In this document: positions 51,691-60,106 of the stretch, one piece after another
Numbering within the stretch: position 1 is the stretch's first letter
Layout: every line of letters starts with the position of its first letter
Assembly: GCA_965206645.1 (NCBI GenBank)
Contig: CBDBKE010000004.1
Coordinates: 512,001 to 576,000, forward strand
From: Terriglobia bacterium
Lineage (GTDB): Bacteria > Acidobacteriota > Terriglobia > JAJPHL01 > JAPKYU01
Reading direction: 5' to 3'
Length of the DNA stretch: 64,000 nucleotides
Made by a program: the position numbers and the translations under genes
The notes under the pieces: generated by a model
What the model saw: the letters and a program-made list of their open reading frames with translations, nothing else
The model's database searches: none
What the model was told of the DNA's origin: nothing

Positions 51691-52307
51691 CTCATTCTAT
51701 AGAAATAACTTACAGCTTTATCTGTAATCGCTTCCCCTCATCGGACCCCTCGTTCGCAATCATGATGTCCGAGGGCGTTGAAGACCCTCTGTGGACGGCT
51801 TGAGATCGTGGACCGCCGAGCCGACCACGCGCTGATCAGGCGCTGCGGGGCACCATTGCCACTCCCGCCGTTGTCACCGAACGACGATCGCGCGTTGGCC
51901 GGCCACGCGTACGCGTGGCCGGCGGACAGAGGCACCCGCCGCTACGCGGCCGAACGCGGGAGCGCGATCCCAACGCCCCCGACTACGCTCCACACCCGGA
52001 CGGCCTACACCCCCATCCGCCGCCATGACTCTGCATCTAGCGCCACCTATCCACCGACACGACCCCGCCAATCTCGCCTCATGTTGTCTGCCATCAGCCC
52101 CGCTCCGCGGCGGCAGTCGGGTAGCGCGCACCGCACCGCGCCAGGACGTTCCGCTTACCTTCGGTCCCTGTCACGTCCGTTGCCACTGCGCTCCTGTTCC
52201 TCCTGCCACCGCTCCCGCACGGCCTCCTGTCCAGGTCGCTCATCCCCTTCCGCCAGCTCTACATGAGCGGAAGGGCAATCACGCCCACAACGGACAGGAG
52301 AAACGAA

Positions 52308-52595
52308 ATGGCAAACAACACCAACGGCAAGCCCGTCGCGGAGATCCGAGTCGGCAGGATAATCGCCGCCATCTGGCAGAACACCCCCACGGACGAAGGC
52401 GTGTTTTACAGCGTCCACATCACCCGCCTTTTCCGCCGCGGCTCCACCTGGGACCGCACTCCCGCATTCGGCCGCGATGACCTGCTGACGGTCGCGAAGG
52501 TCGCCGACCTCGCCAACACGCGGATCTACGAGTTGCAGAACGCAATCGAATTCCGCAACCCGCAGGACGACGCCGACGACGCCAGCGCCGCCTAA
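52308..52595 (+). CDS. conserved small mobile-element protein (possible ssDNA-binding)
   Basis: KPV.EIR.G.I.AAIW.N....FYSV...R......W.....F.RDDL..AK pattern; AGGAG RBS. Confidence 0.55.
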   Translation: MANNTNGKPVAEIRVGRIIAAIWQNTPTDEGVFYSVHITRLFRRGSTWDRTPAFGRDDLLTVAKVADLANTRIYELQNAIEFRNPQDDADDASAA

Positions 52596-52605
52596 CGCAC
52601 GAAAC

Positions 52606-52641
52606 GCCGCGGCGGGACCGCTCCCCGCCGCGGCCTTCTCT
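52606..52641 (+). terminator. intrinsic terminator-like hairpin
   Basis: GCCGCGGCGGG-ACCGCTC-CCCGCCGCGGC followed by pyrimidines. Confidence 0.55.
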
Positions 52642-52739
52642 GTACATGGAAATGGCAACCTGAAAAGGGACCCCCCAATTGTTGAGTTGTCGTGGCCATC
52701 GGGACGTAGCCGGTAGCTGTCGCCGGCGATCGTCAACAC
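52641..52739 (-). mobile_element. IS21 right-end remnant (IstB C-terminus)
   Basis: VLTIAGDSYRLR is the IstB C-terminal motif; TGT terminus near 52641. Confidence 0.5.
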
Positions 52740-52761
52740 GGTGGCGCGGTGGAAACTAGAC

Positions 52762-52788
52762 TGGCGGGGGCGGCGGGAGTCGAACCCG
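52762..52788 (-). repeat. tmRNA/tRNA-like 3' end fragment (att scar)
   Basis: Minus strand CGGGTTCGACTCCCGCCGCCCCCGCCA; paired TGGCAAC repeats at ~52917-52935. Confidence 0.6.
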
Positions 52789-53078
52789 AACCACGTGATT
52801 TTCTAAGTTGATGATGGCAAAGGACATCTGGTGATAAGTCTTTGTCGGTCATCACGTTCCAGCCATGCGGTTGTCCCCTCCAGTCTCCTGGAGTCCCCCC
52901 GAGTCGACCCCGGTCTTGGCAACATTGTGGCAACGCTCTTCGCTAGGAGAACCTGCCTGTTCAGTGACATCCCGATCGTAATCGAACCGAGGGCCTTGCG
53001 TGATCGCCTCGGGTCTCCGTGGTCCTCGATGAGGCAAACCGTTGACCGGTGCTCAAGCCAGTTGTAATATACAAATAT

Positions 53079-53390
53079 ATGAAAACACAATCCGAAGCAC
53101 CGACTACCGTCAAGTTGGGCGTGAGCCGCCAGGTCGTGATCCCCAAGAAGCTGCACGACCGTCTCGGGCTCAAGCCCGGCGACTACCTCGAGGTCGAAGA
53201 ACAGCAGGGCAGAGTCGTCATGACGCCGAAGACGCTCATCGACAGCCGCGTGCACGCGGCGTTTCGGGAAAGCATGGAGGATTTCAAGAGCGGTAGGTAC
53301 TCCGGGCCGTTCGACACCGCGGAGCAGGCGACGGCGTCGCTCCACAAGATTGCCGGTGCGCGTCGAGCGAGGAAGGCGAGCCGCGGGTAG
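53079..53390 (+). CDS. AbrB/MazE/SpoVT-family antitoxin
   Basis: VKL...RQVVIPK....LGLKPGD.LEV...G.VVMTP; C-terminal GPF.TA. Confidence 0.85.
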   Translation: MKTQSEAPTTVKLGVSRQVVIPKKLHDRLGLKPGDYLEVEEQQGRVVMTPKTLIDSRVHAAFRESMEDFKSGRYSGPFDTAEQATASLHKIAGARRARKASRG

Positions 53391-53636
53391 ATGCGGCTCA
53401 TTCACACCGCCAGGTTCGAGAAGGACTATTCGGCCGCGCCGACGGATGTGCAGCGCGCATTCGACAAGTAGGAGCGGTTCCTTGCCGACAACCTCCAGCA
53501 TCCGTCGCTGCACGCCAAGAAATACGACGAGTCCACGGGCTTGTGGCAAGCCAGGGTCAATCGATCCTGGCGTTTTTATTTCACCATCGAAGGGGACGCC
53601 TACGTGCTACACGCCATCATCGCACACCAGAAGTAG
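53391..53636 (+). pseudogene. RelE/ParE-superfamily toxin with an in-frame TAG at codon 27
   Basis: MRLIHTARFEKDY...FDK*ERFL..NLQHPSLHAKK....LWQARVNRSWRFYF; TAG at 53469-53471. Confidence 0.85.
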
Positions 53637-53740
53637 AGGCGGCGGCAGAGTTGCTTGACCGGAGTAGGTCACTGAGCCGTTCGTCGTTCTGTCGTCGCTC
53701 ATCTCGTAGCACCTCGTCAGTTTTTCGTCCGCGCCCGCCG

Positions 53741-54301
53741 TTATTTGGGGCTCTCCCCCGCATCCCGCAGCATCCCGTAGATGTAGCCGTGTCCAAGACC
53801 CGCGCGTCGTGCGATCCGCCCCACATAAACGCCACTACGCCAAAGCTCGACCACGACCGAGCACGCCTCCCAGTACCGCTCCATCACAGCTTCGACGCCG
53901 GACGCGGCAAGACTCCCTGCTTCCTCCTCATGCGTGGCCCTGTCCATGCGCTCCACCCCGACAGCCGCGCGAGATAGCCGATGTAGGTGGTCCGAGCTGA
54001 ACAGGGTATCGCTCCGCGATCCCCCGTACTCCCCGCCCGACGACTCGTTATAGCCGTGCGGCGTCATCGTCCGGCGTGCCATGATCTCACGGTGTTCGGC
54101 GTCGCAGGCCGCGTACACGTCAAGGCCGAAATGCAAGACTTCAATGGCCGGGTCGCCGAGCTGCGTAAACGGGAGCCGGCCTGCCTTTCGGTGCGCGGTG
54201 ATTCGGCGGTCAACGGCCTGCGACATGCCGATGTATTGCAACCCGCCATGCCGTCTCCAGCACAACAGGTACACCGACCAAGAGCCTCTTTCTGCGCTCA
54301 T
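53741..54301 (-). CDS. GIY-YIG nuclease-domain protein
   Basis: SVYLL...YIGMS....R...H...AE..EI...GYN..GG; possible C-terminal HTH. Confidence 0.7.
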   Translation of the reverse strand: MSAERGSWSVYLLCWRRHGGLQYIGMSQAVDRRITAHRKAGRLPFTQLGDPAIEVLHFGLDVYAACDAEHREIMARRTMTPHGYNESSGGEYGGSRSDTLFSSDHLHRLSRAAVGVERMDRATHEEEAGSLAASGVEAVMERYWEACSVVVELWRSGVYVGRIARRAGLGHGYIYGMLRDAGESPK

Positions 54302-54309
54302 GTCGGGCT

Positions 54310-54490
54310 CGAGGCTGCTCTACCGGCAGTTCGGCGCGGACCCGGCCAAGTCGAATGATAAATTCACTATCCTCAACTTCCGAACGGACTGTCTGCGCGA
54401 GCTGAAAAAATCAAATGGGCGTGGCCGGACCTGCACTATCATACGGTCACGGCGGCGCTTGTACTCTCGCCGCCGCGCATCGCGCCGTTT
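54310..54490 (+). pseudogene. RepA (RepA_C type) C-terminal fragment
   Basis: LYRQFGADPAK..DK....NFRTDCLRELKK/IKWAWPDL.Y....LVL.P. Confidence 0.55.
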
Positions 54491-54771
54491 ACGGCACCGC
54501 AGGACCTCAGTTCCTCATCAACAGCCAACAGGGTGCCTCTCTCAACGAGGTCCATCACATCGTCGCCATCGGTATCCTGCACATCCAACAGTCGTGGCAC
54601 CGCGACAGCTGCGGCTAGTGGTCTCAAGTCGCCTCCGATCATCTCCCCTTCGACTCGGTCGACGAGTCTTCTAAGAATCCCGCCGAGTTCCGTGCTCTCC
54701 CTTTCTTCGTGCATGCGCTGCCGCGCTCGCGCTAGGTGTTCCTGGGGTCGGAAGTGTCGACTGTACGTACG

Positions 54772-55668
54772 TCAGCGATACCGGTCCTTCCGATCCCACC
54801 GAAGGTGGCCATCGAGTTCCTTCAACCCGTGCTCATCCTCTTCGTCACGGCGGTACGCGCTGTCACGCCCTTCGTATGCCCACCGACTCTCGCGTCGGCT
54901 CGGGGCAACCGGGATGTCTTCGCTCTCGAACCACAGCAAGCTCAAGGTCTGGTCCCATTTTGGCAGGTGACGCGCCTCTGCAACCAGAACCCCTCCTCGT
55001 TCCCAATCGCTGAACCAGACATCAGCGGGCACCCGTGACCGCTCAGGGGCAGCTCCGGAGCGAACGCGGTGCGAGATGGTCCCTTCGGGCACATCAGTGC
55101 TTACCCCGATCCACGCGCGGGCGTCGCCTAGAGCCTTCGACAGGGAGGCATACCGCACCTTGCCGTTCTCTGACAGGACAAAGGCGCATGGCGCCGTGAC
55201 AACGGCAGCGAAGCGCGAGCCCGTGGAAGAAATCGACGCCTCGAAGTCGGCCGCGAGCGCGTCGATGGTAGCAAGGCAAACGACTGCATCTTCGGCCCGT
55301 GGCTGAAAGAGGTGATCCGGTAGTAGGAGCTCCGCGGCGAACGTATCGCACAATCGTTCAGCGAGCGGCCTCTTGGCGGTCCACCACTGGGCGGAGTGGT
55401 CGGACGGCAGGCCGAGCACGATATGTCCGATCTCGTGGCAGATCGTGAAGCGCTGACGTTCTGGGCTGTCGTTGCGGTTGACGCAGATGTGGTGCTTGCC
55501 GCCGACGTTTACAGACATTCCGTACAGCCCGTCCTGCAGGGCCTCAAGTCTCACCTTCGCGTTGGCATTGGTCAGGTAAGCGTCCATTGAAACTGGAACG
55601 GTAAGCGGGTTCGCCTTCGACACGAAGGCCCTCGCCTTGAGTCGTGCAGTCAGCTCATCGATCGCCAT
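54772..55668 (-). CDS. ImmA/IrrE (CapP-like) metallopeptidase, ~298 aa
   Basis: RQRFTICHEIGH (HExxH), E..CD.FAAELLLP, HTH-like LAADFEAS, GAF-like C-terminus. Confidence 0.8.
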   Translation of the reverse strand: MAIDELTARLKARAFVSKANPLTVPVSMDAYLTNANAKVRLEALQDGLYGMSVNVGGKHHICVNRNDSPERQRFTICHEIGHIVLGLPSDHSAQWWTAKRPLAERLCDTFAAELLLPDHLFQPRAEDAVVCLATIDALAADFEASISSTGSRFAAVVTAPCAFVLSENGKVRYASLSKALGDARAWIGVSTDVPEGTISHRVRSGAAPERSRVPADVWFSDWERGGVLVAEARHLPKWDQTLSLLWFESEDIPVAPSRRESRWAYEGRDSAYRRDEEDEHGLKELDGHLRWDRKDRYR

Positions 55669-55785
55669 TCGCCTCGTCCATGATTCTGCACACGAGTTCG
55701 ATCTGCTTCGCGTAGTCCGGGCGGGCCGTACCGCGAAACGCGATGCCCGCGACTGCGGCGAAAACGTTGTACCCAATCGCGTTGT
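55655..55785 (-). pseudogene. C-terminal remnant of the probable XRE/HTH partner gene
   Basis: ...AGIAFRGTARPDYAKQIELV.RIMDE* overlaps the peptidase start; the N-terminus is replaced by another gene. Confidence 0.35.
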
Positions 55786-55789
55786 CCGA

Positions 55790-56283
55790 TAGCCACCGAC
55801 TCGTGTCTTGACCATTATTCCGGTCATAAAGGCGACGGATCCGTCGTCGACGTCGATCGGCCAAAAGAACAGTTCGGTGTTATCTGCCGTGATCACGTGC
55901 TGCTGCTGATTTGAAGAAGTGCATCTTGGGTTCGTGTCGAGGAAAGCGAACGCGATCGCCGCCGCTTCGATCTCTTGCTCTTGTGCTTCGATCTCTTGCT
56001 CTTGTGCTTCGATCTCTTGCTCTTGTGCTTCGATCTCTTGCTCTTGTAGGGATGGAAATGCTCCGTCGATCTTGCCCTGGCGGCGGCAGAGAAGGCTGGG
56101 GCGCTCGATCGGCTGTCCATGACCATCAACAAACTTTGCAAGGAACGCCTTGGCTTGTGTCTTAAACTTCAGATCCGCCCAACGTTCTTCGAATGCTGCA
56201 AGCGGGCCGAGCTCCCAATCGCCAAATTCGATGGGCTCATTCATATCCAGGTAAGGGCAAAACGCTAAATACGGGAAGGGCAT
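55790..56283 (-). pseudogene. truncated hypothetical protein fused in frame to the peptidase, containing 4x QEQEIEA
   Basis: N-terminal third of ORF 54772..56283; unrelated to IrrE. Confidence 0.45.
55964..56047. repeat. perfect 21-bp tandem repeat x4
   Basis: GCTTCGATCTCTTGCTCTTGT four times, with no spacers. Confidence 0.95.
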
Positions 56284-56310
56284 GAGAACTCTTTCTTCGC
56301 AGACAGGTCA

Positions 56311-56443
56311 CGGTGCTGTCAAGTTAAGCAGTTTGGCGGCATTCTCGCCGCTCGCCGCCACCGCTAAGTCATTGATTCTCAGTCTATAATCCAGCAAAAT
56401 CCTTCCGCAAAACGGGCGGATTCCGCTCAACTTAACAGTACCG
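56311..56443. mobile_element. 133-bp MITE-like element
   Basis: Terminal IRs CGGTGCTGTCAAGTTAAGC / GCTCAACTTAACAGTACCG (16/19), an internal IHF-like site and TATAAT, no ORF. Confidence 0.6.
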
Positions 56444-56900
56444 CCCTATGAGTTCGACCGTCGCGCCTTCGGGCCAATCAACTCCGGAGCCTCGCAATGA
56501 GAAAGAGGCTGTCGAGGGGCTAGAACTCAAAGGCAATCTCGCTGTGTTGCCGGAAAACATCGGACGGAATCCTCTCCGCACTATTGATCCTTGTGTAATC
56601 TCTGTGTAAGCTAATGTCCTACTTGAGAGGCAAAGAGAGAACGGCCTGTGGGCCAGAGAAGATCCCCGTAGCTCCTAGTTGCGCTGGAGGCGTCTGCAGT
56701 GAGTTCCCGTGAGCCGGGCGATAGGATCCAGTTCGGTCACGGCCAGGTTGGCCAGCGGATTACACTTCAGATAGCTCCGGACGTCTTCGCCCCGCATGGA
56801 GCGCCGGGGCATAGGAAGAGCCAGAAACTCCATGTTCAGGGAGGGGCTCTGCCAAAGCGCTCACTGGTCCCGTGACAGCAGAGCACCTGCTTGGCACGTG

Positions 56901-56984
56901 TATCAAAACTGTATCAAAACCCTGTTTGTTGAAGGGATTGGGGTTGCCCGTGAGCGGCGAGCAGGTTCCCCAAGTTGTTGATAA
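56901..56984. promoter_or_regulatory. att arm region: paired TATCAAAAC repeats and IHF site
   Basis: TATCAAAAC-TG-TATCAAAAC at 56901-56920; minus-strand TATCAACAACTTG at ~56971-56983 fits WATCAANNNNTTR. Confidence 0.65.
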
Positions 56985-57031
56985 CGCAAGGAATTGAACG
57001 TAACCAATGGAGAGAAAAGAAGCGGTGACGA

Positions 57032-57073
57032 TGCGTGTGAAGCAGGCGCTCTAACCAACTGAGCTAGTCGCCC
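57032..57073 (-). tRNA. tRNA-Val(CAC) 5' half only, interrupted in the 3' anticodon stem; island boundary
   Basis: GGGCGACTAGCTCAGTTGGTTAGAGCGCCTGCTTCACACGCA followed by non-tRNA sequence; extended -10 TGGTATAAT upstream. Confidence 0.85.
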
Positions 57074-57115
57074 TCCCCCAGTGATCGACGCGAGTACGGC
57101 GCCATTATACCACGC

Positions 57116-58078
57116 GTGGACAATTCGCAGCCTACAACCCACGGCGCGCAGACCTTCGAGCGCTTGGAGAAGTCGTTGCGCACCATCATCCGCGGCAAGG
57201 ACGACGTGATCGAGCTGGCACTGGTGGCCCTGCTGGCCCGCGGCCACTTGCTCATTGAAGACGTGCCCGGGGTGGGCAAGACCACCCTCGGCCACGCGCT
57301 GGCCCGCCTGCTGAATTGCACCTTTCATCGCATCCAGTTCACCAGCGACCTGCTGCCCAGCGACGTGCTGGGGATCTCCATCTACGACCAGCACCGGCAG
57401 CAGTTCGAGTTTCGGCCTGGTCCGGTGTTCACTAACATCCTGCTGGCCGACGAGATTAACCGCACCACGCCCAAGACCCAGAGCGCGCTGCTGGAGGCCA
57501 TGAATGAGGGCCAGGTCACAATGGACAGCGTGACCAAACCGCTGCCGGAGCCCTTCATGGTGATTGCCACGCAGAATCCCGTCGAGCATCACGGCACCTA
57601 TCCCCTGCCCGACTCGCAACTGGATTGCTTCCTGATGCGGATTCGCATGGGCTATCCAGCCGAGGAGAGCGAACAGGAGATCGTGCGCTACCATTCGGCC
57701 GGCAACAAGCTCGACGGCGTCGAGCCGGTCCTGGATGCCGCCCAGGTGCTGGCGCTGCAGCAGGAGGTGAAGTCGGTGTCGGTGGATGAAGACCTGGTGA
57801 GCTATACGGTGGCCATCGCCGGACGAACCCGGGAAAGCGAGTACCTGTCGCTGGGCGTCAGCCCGCGCGGTTCGATGGCGCTTTACCAGTCGGCGCAGGC
57901 TCTGGCCTATCTGCGGGGCCGGCGTTTCACCACGCCGGACGATTTCAAGCGCCTGGCAATCCCTGTGTTTGCCCACCGTGTGGTGCTCAACTCGCGCTAT
58001 ACCTCCACATTAAAGAAAAGTGATCAGGCCGCCGAAGCGCTCCGCGAGATTGTTGACTCCGTACCGGTCCCCATGTGA
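57116..58078 (+). CDS. moxR: MoxR-family AAA+ ATPase
   Basis: LIEDVPGVGKT, RIQFTSDLLPSD, LADEINR, ATQNP, GVSPRG. Confidence 0.92.
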   Translation: MDNSQPTTHGAQTFERLEKSLRTIIRGKDDVIELALVALLARGHLLIEDVPGVGKTTLGHALARLLNCTFHRIQFTSDLLPSDVLGISIYDQHRQQFEFRPGPVFTNILLADEINRTTPKTQSALLEAMNEGQVTMDSVTKPLPEPFMVIATQNPVEHHGTYPLPDSQLDCFLMRIRMGYPAEESEQEIVRYHSAGNKLDGVEPVLDAAQVLALQQEVKSVSVDEDLVSYTVAIAGRTRESEYLSLGVSPRGSMALYQSAQALAYLRGRRFTTPDDFKRLAIPVFAHRVVLNSRYTSTLKKSDQAAEALREIVDSVPVPM

Positions 58079-58208
58079 GTGCTGAGCGCCGTCAGTCACT
58101 CCCGTCGATTCCCATACAGCGTAGCGCTGACGGGAAAGGCCCAAACGACTCGGAACCCGGCCGGCTCGTTGTGCACTTCCGGCACTCCATTCCAGACGTC
58201 TCACTAAT

Positions 58209-59264
58209 ATGATCCGCACCGGAATCATCGGTCTGCTTCAGTCCGGCAAGACATCCGTGTTCAAGATCCTGACGCATAGCTCGGTGGTCACAGGATTCGG
58301 GGGTCATGAGGCCCACCTGGGCGTGGCGCAAGTCCCCGACCGTCGGTTGGAGCAACTGGCTCAACTGATCCAGCCCAAGAAGACCACGCATGCCGCGCTG
58401 GAATTCATGGACGTACCGGCCATCCGCAAGGAAACCCTGCGCGAGCCCTCCTACCTCGCTAACCTTCGCCAGGTGGACACCCTAACTCACGTCGTGCGAG
58501 CCTTTGGAGAGGAAGCAGACCCCGGTCGGGACATCGCCGATGTAGACCTGGAGCTCATCCTAAGCGACCTGGAACAGACCGAAAAGCGGCTGGAACGTGT
58601 AGAGCGCGATCTGCAGAAGATGAAGAATCCGGAGTTGCAACATGAGCGCGAAGTACTGGAGAAATCCCGCCAACACCTGGACCGGCAAAGACCGCTGCGG
58701 GAGTTGCAACTGGACCGCAACGAGAAGAAACGCATCCGCGGCTTCATGTTCCTTTCCGAGAAACCGATGCTCATCGTGCTCAACGCCAGCGAGCAGGACA
58801 CGTCGGAACTGGACAAGCTGAAAGACCGCTACCACCTTGACCTTCGTTCACAGACCGGAGTCACCGGCGTCTGCGGGCAGGTCGAGGCGGAGTTGGCCGA
58901 GTTCTCTGACGAAGAAGCCGAGGAAGCCGCCGAGTATCTGGCCAGCTACGGCTTAAAGGAACCCGGACGGGAGCGGTTGATCCGCGCCCTCTGCGACCTG
59001 ATGGGCCTGCTCACCTTTTTTACGGTCAGCGAGGCGGAATGCCGGGCCTGGATGCTGCACCATGGGCAAACCGCGCTAGAGGCTGCTGCCTGCGTCCACA
59101 CCAACCTGGCGGCACGCTTCATCCGCGCCGAGGTGGTAGACTGGGCCGCCCTGTCGGAGGCAGGTGGCCTGGCGGCTGCACGTGACCGCGGCCTGATCCG
59201 CCTCGAGGGCAAAGAGTACCCGGTCGAGGAGGGCCAGGTCCTTTACATCCGCCACTCCGGCTGA
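58209..59264 (+). CDS. ychF: YchF/OLA1-family ATPase
   Basis: GIIGL..SGKT, VPD.RL, LEL.L.DL, LS.KP, LTFFT, FIRAEV, RLEGKEY.V..G (DUF933). Confidence 0.85.
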   Translation: MIRTGIIGLLQSGKTSVFKILTHSSVVTGFGGHEAHLGVAQVPDRRLEQLAQLIQPKKTTHAALEFMDVPAIRKETLREPSYLANLRQVDTLTHVVRAFGEEADPGRDIADVDLELILSDLEQTEKRLERVERDLQKMKNPELQHEREVLEKSRQHLDRQRPLRELQLDRNEKKRIRGFMFLSEKPMLIVLNASEQDTSELDKLKDRYHLDLRSQTGVTGVCGQVEAELAEFSDEEAEEAAEYLASYGLKEPGRERLIRALCDLMGLLTFFTVSEAECRAWMLHHGQTALEAAACVHTNLAARFIRAEVVDWAALSEAGGLAAARDRGLIRLEGKEYPVEEGQVLYIRHSG

Positions 59265-59266
59265 AG

Positions 59267-59998
59267 ATGACTCAGACCACACTCACCAGCCTAATGCTAG
59301 GGCTTGCCGCAGCCACCGCCAATGTTGTCGGCGGGCTCATTGTCGCGCAAATTCACTGGGCCCGCCCCTCATTGCGCTATTTCTTGGCCCTTGGCTCCGG
59401 CTTCATGCTGGCGACGGCCATTGTGGAGATGGTGCCGGTGAGTTTCCGGTTACTGGGGGACCGCGCCGCCTTTCTGATCCTGTTGGGCTACCTGCTGGTG
59501 CATTTCTTCGAGCACTCCATCCATGCGCACTTTCACTTCGGCGAAGAAACTCACCACGAGGAACTGGTTCAGCCACGCGTGAGCACCAGCGTGCTGGGCG
59601 GTCTGATGATTCACAGCTTGTTTGACGGCATCGCCATCGCCAGCGGGTTTCTGGTCTCGCCCTGGTTGGGCTCGGTCATCTTTCTGGCCGTTTTTCTGCA
59701 CAAGATGCCCGAGGGGTTCACTGTGGCCTCCGTGATGCTGGCCGCCGGTCGCAGCCAGCGCGCGGCACAGGGTGCCTCCCTCCTGCTTGGGGCGGCGACG
59801 CTGGCCGGGGTGCTGGCTATGCTCCTATTCCGGCCGGGCGTCGGCTACGCCTTGTCTCTTTCGGCGGGAGTCACTGTTTACGTCGCTGCTAGCGACCTGA
59901 TCCCGGAAGTCAACCGCGAGCCCGGTATCCGCCTGGCATTTGTGGTTTTTGGAGGGGTAGCACTGCTTCTAGCGCTGAAGTTTGTCTTTCAGCCGTGA
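59267..59998 (+). CDS. ZIP-family metal transporter
   Basis: HFHFGEETH loop, HSLFDG, LHKMPEG, YVAASDLIPE. Confidence 0.88.
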   Translation: MTQTTLTSLMLGLAAATANVVGGLIVAQIHWARPSLRYFLALGSGFMLATAIVEMVPVSFRLLGDRAAFLILLGYLLVHFFEHSIHAHFHFGEETHHEELVQPRVSTSVLGGLMIHSLFDGIAIASGFLVSPWLGSVIFLAVFLHKMPEGFTVASVMLAAGRSQRAAQGASLLLGAATLAGVLAMLLFRPGVGYALSLSAGVTVYVAASDLIPEVNREPGIRLAFVVFGGVALLLALKFVFQP

Positions 59999-60106
59999 AC
60001 GCTACCCACAAAAGCGGCCCCGCCGCTGCGCTCGGGATGACGTTGAAGAGCACCGGAGAGACCTGTCAATAAGAGGACACAGGCGAAACACACGGGGTAC
60101 AATGGA

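Noticed and set aside
55964-56047. 21-bp repeats as a CRISPR array
   Set aside because: Head-to-tail copies with no spacers, in frame within an ORF, and no cas genes.
56780-57032. Group I intron in tRNA-Val
   Set aside because: The break is in the anticodon stem rather than the loop, no 3' exon is seen, and the adjacent DNA has IHF and arm-type signals typical of att sites.
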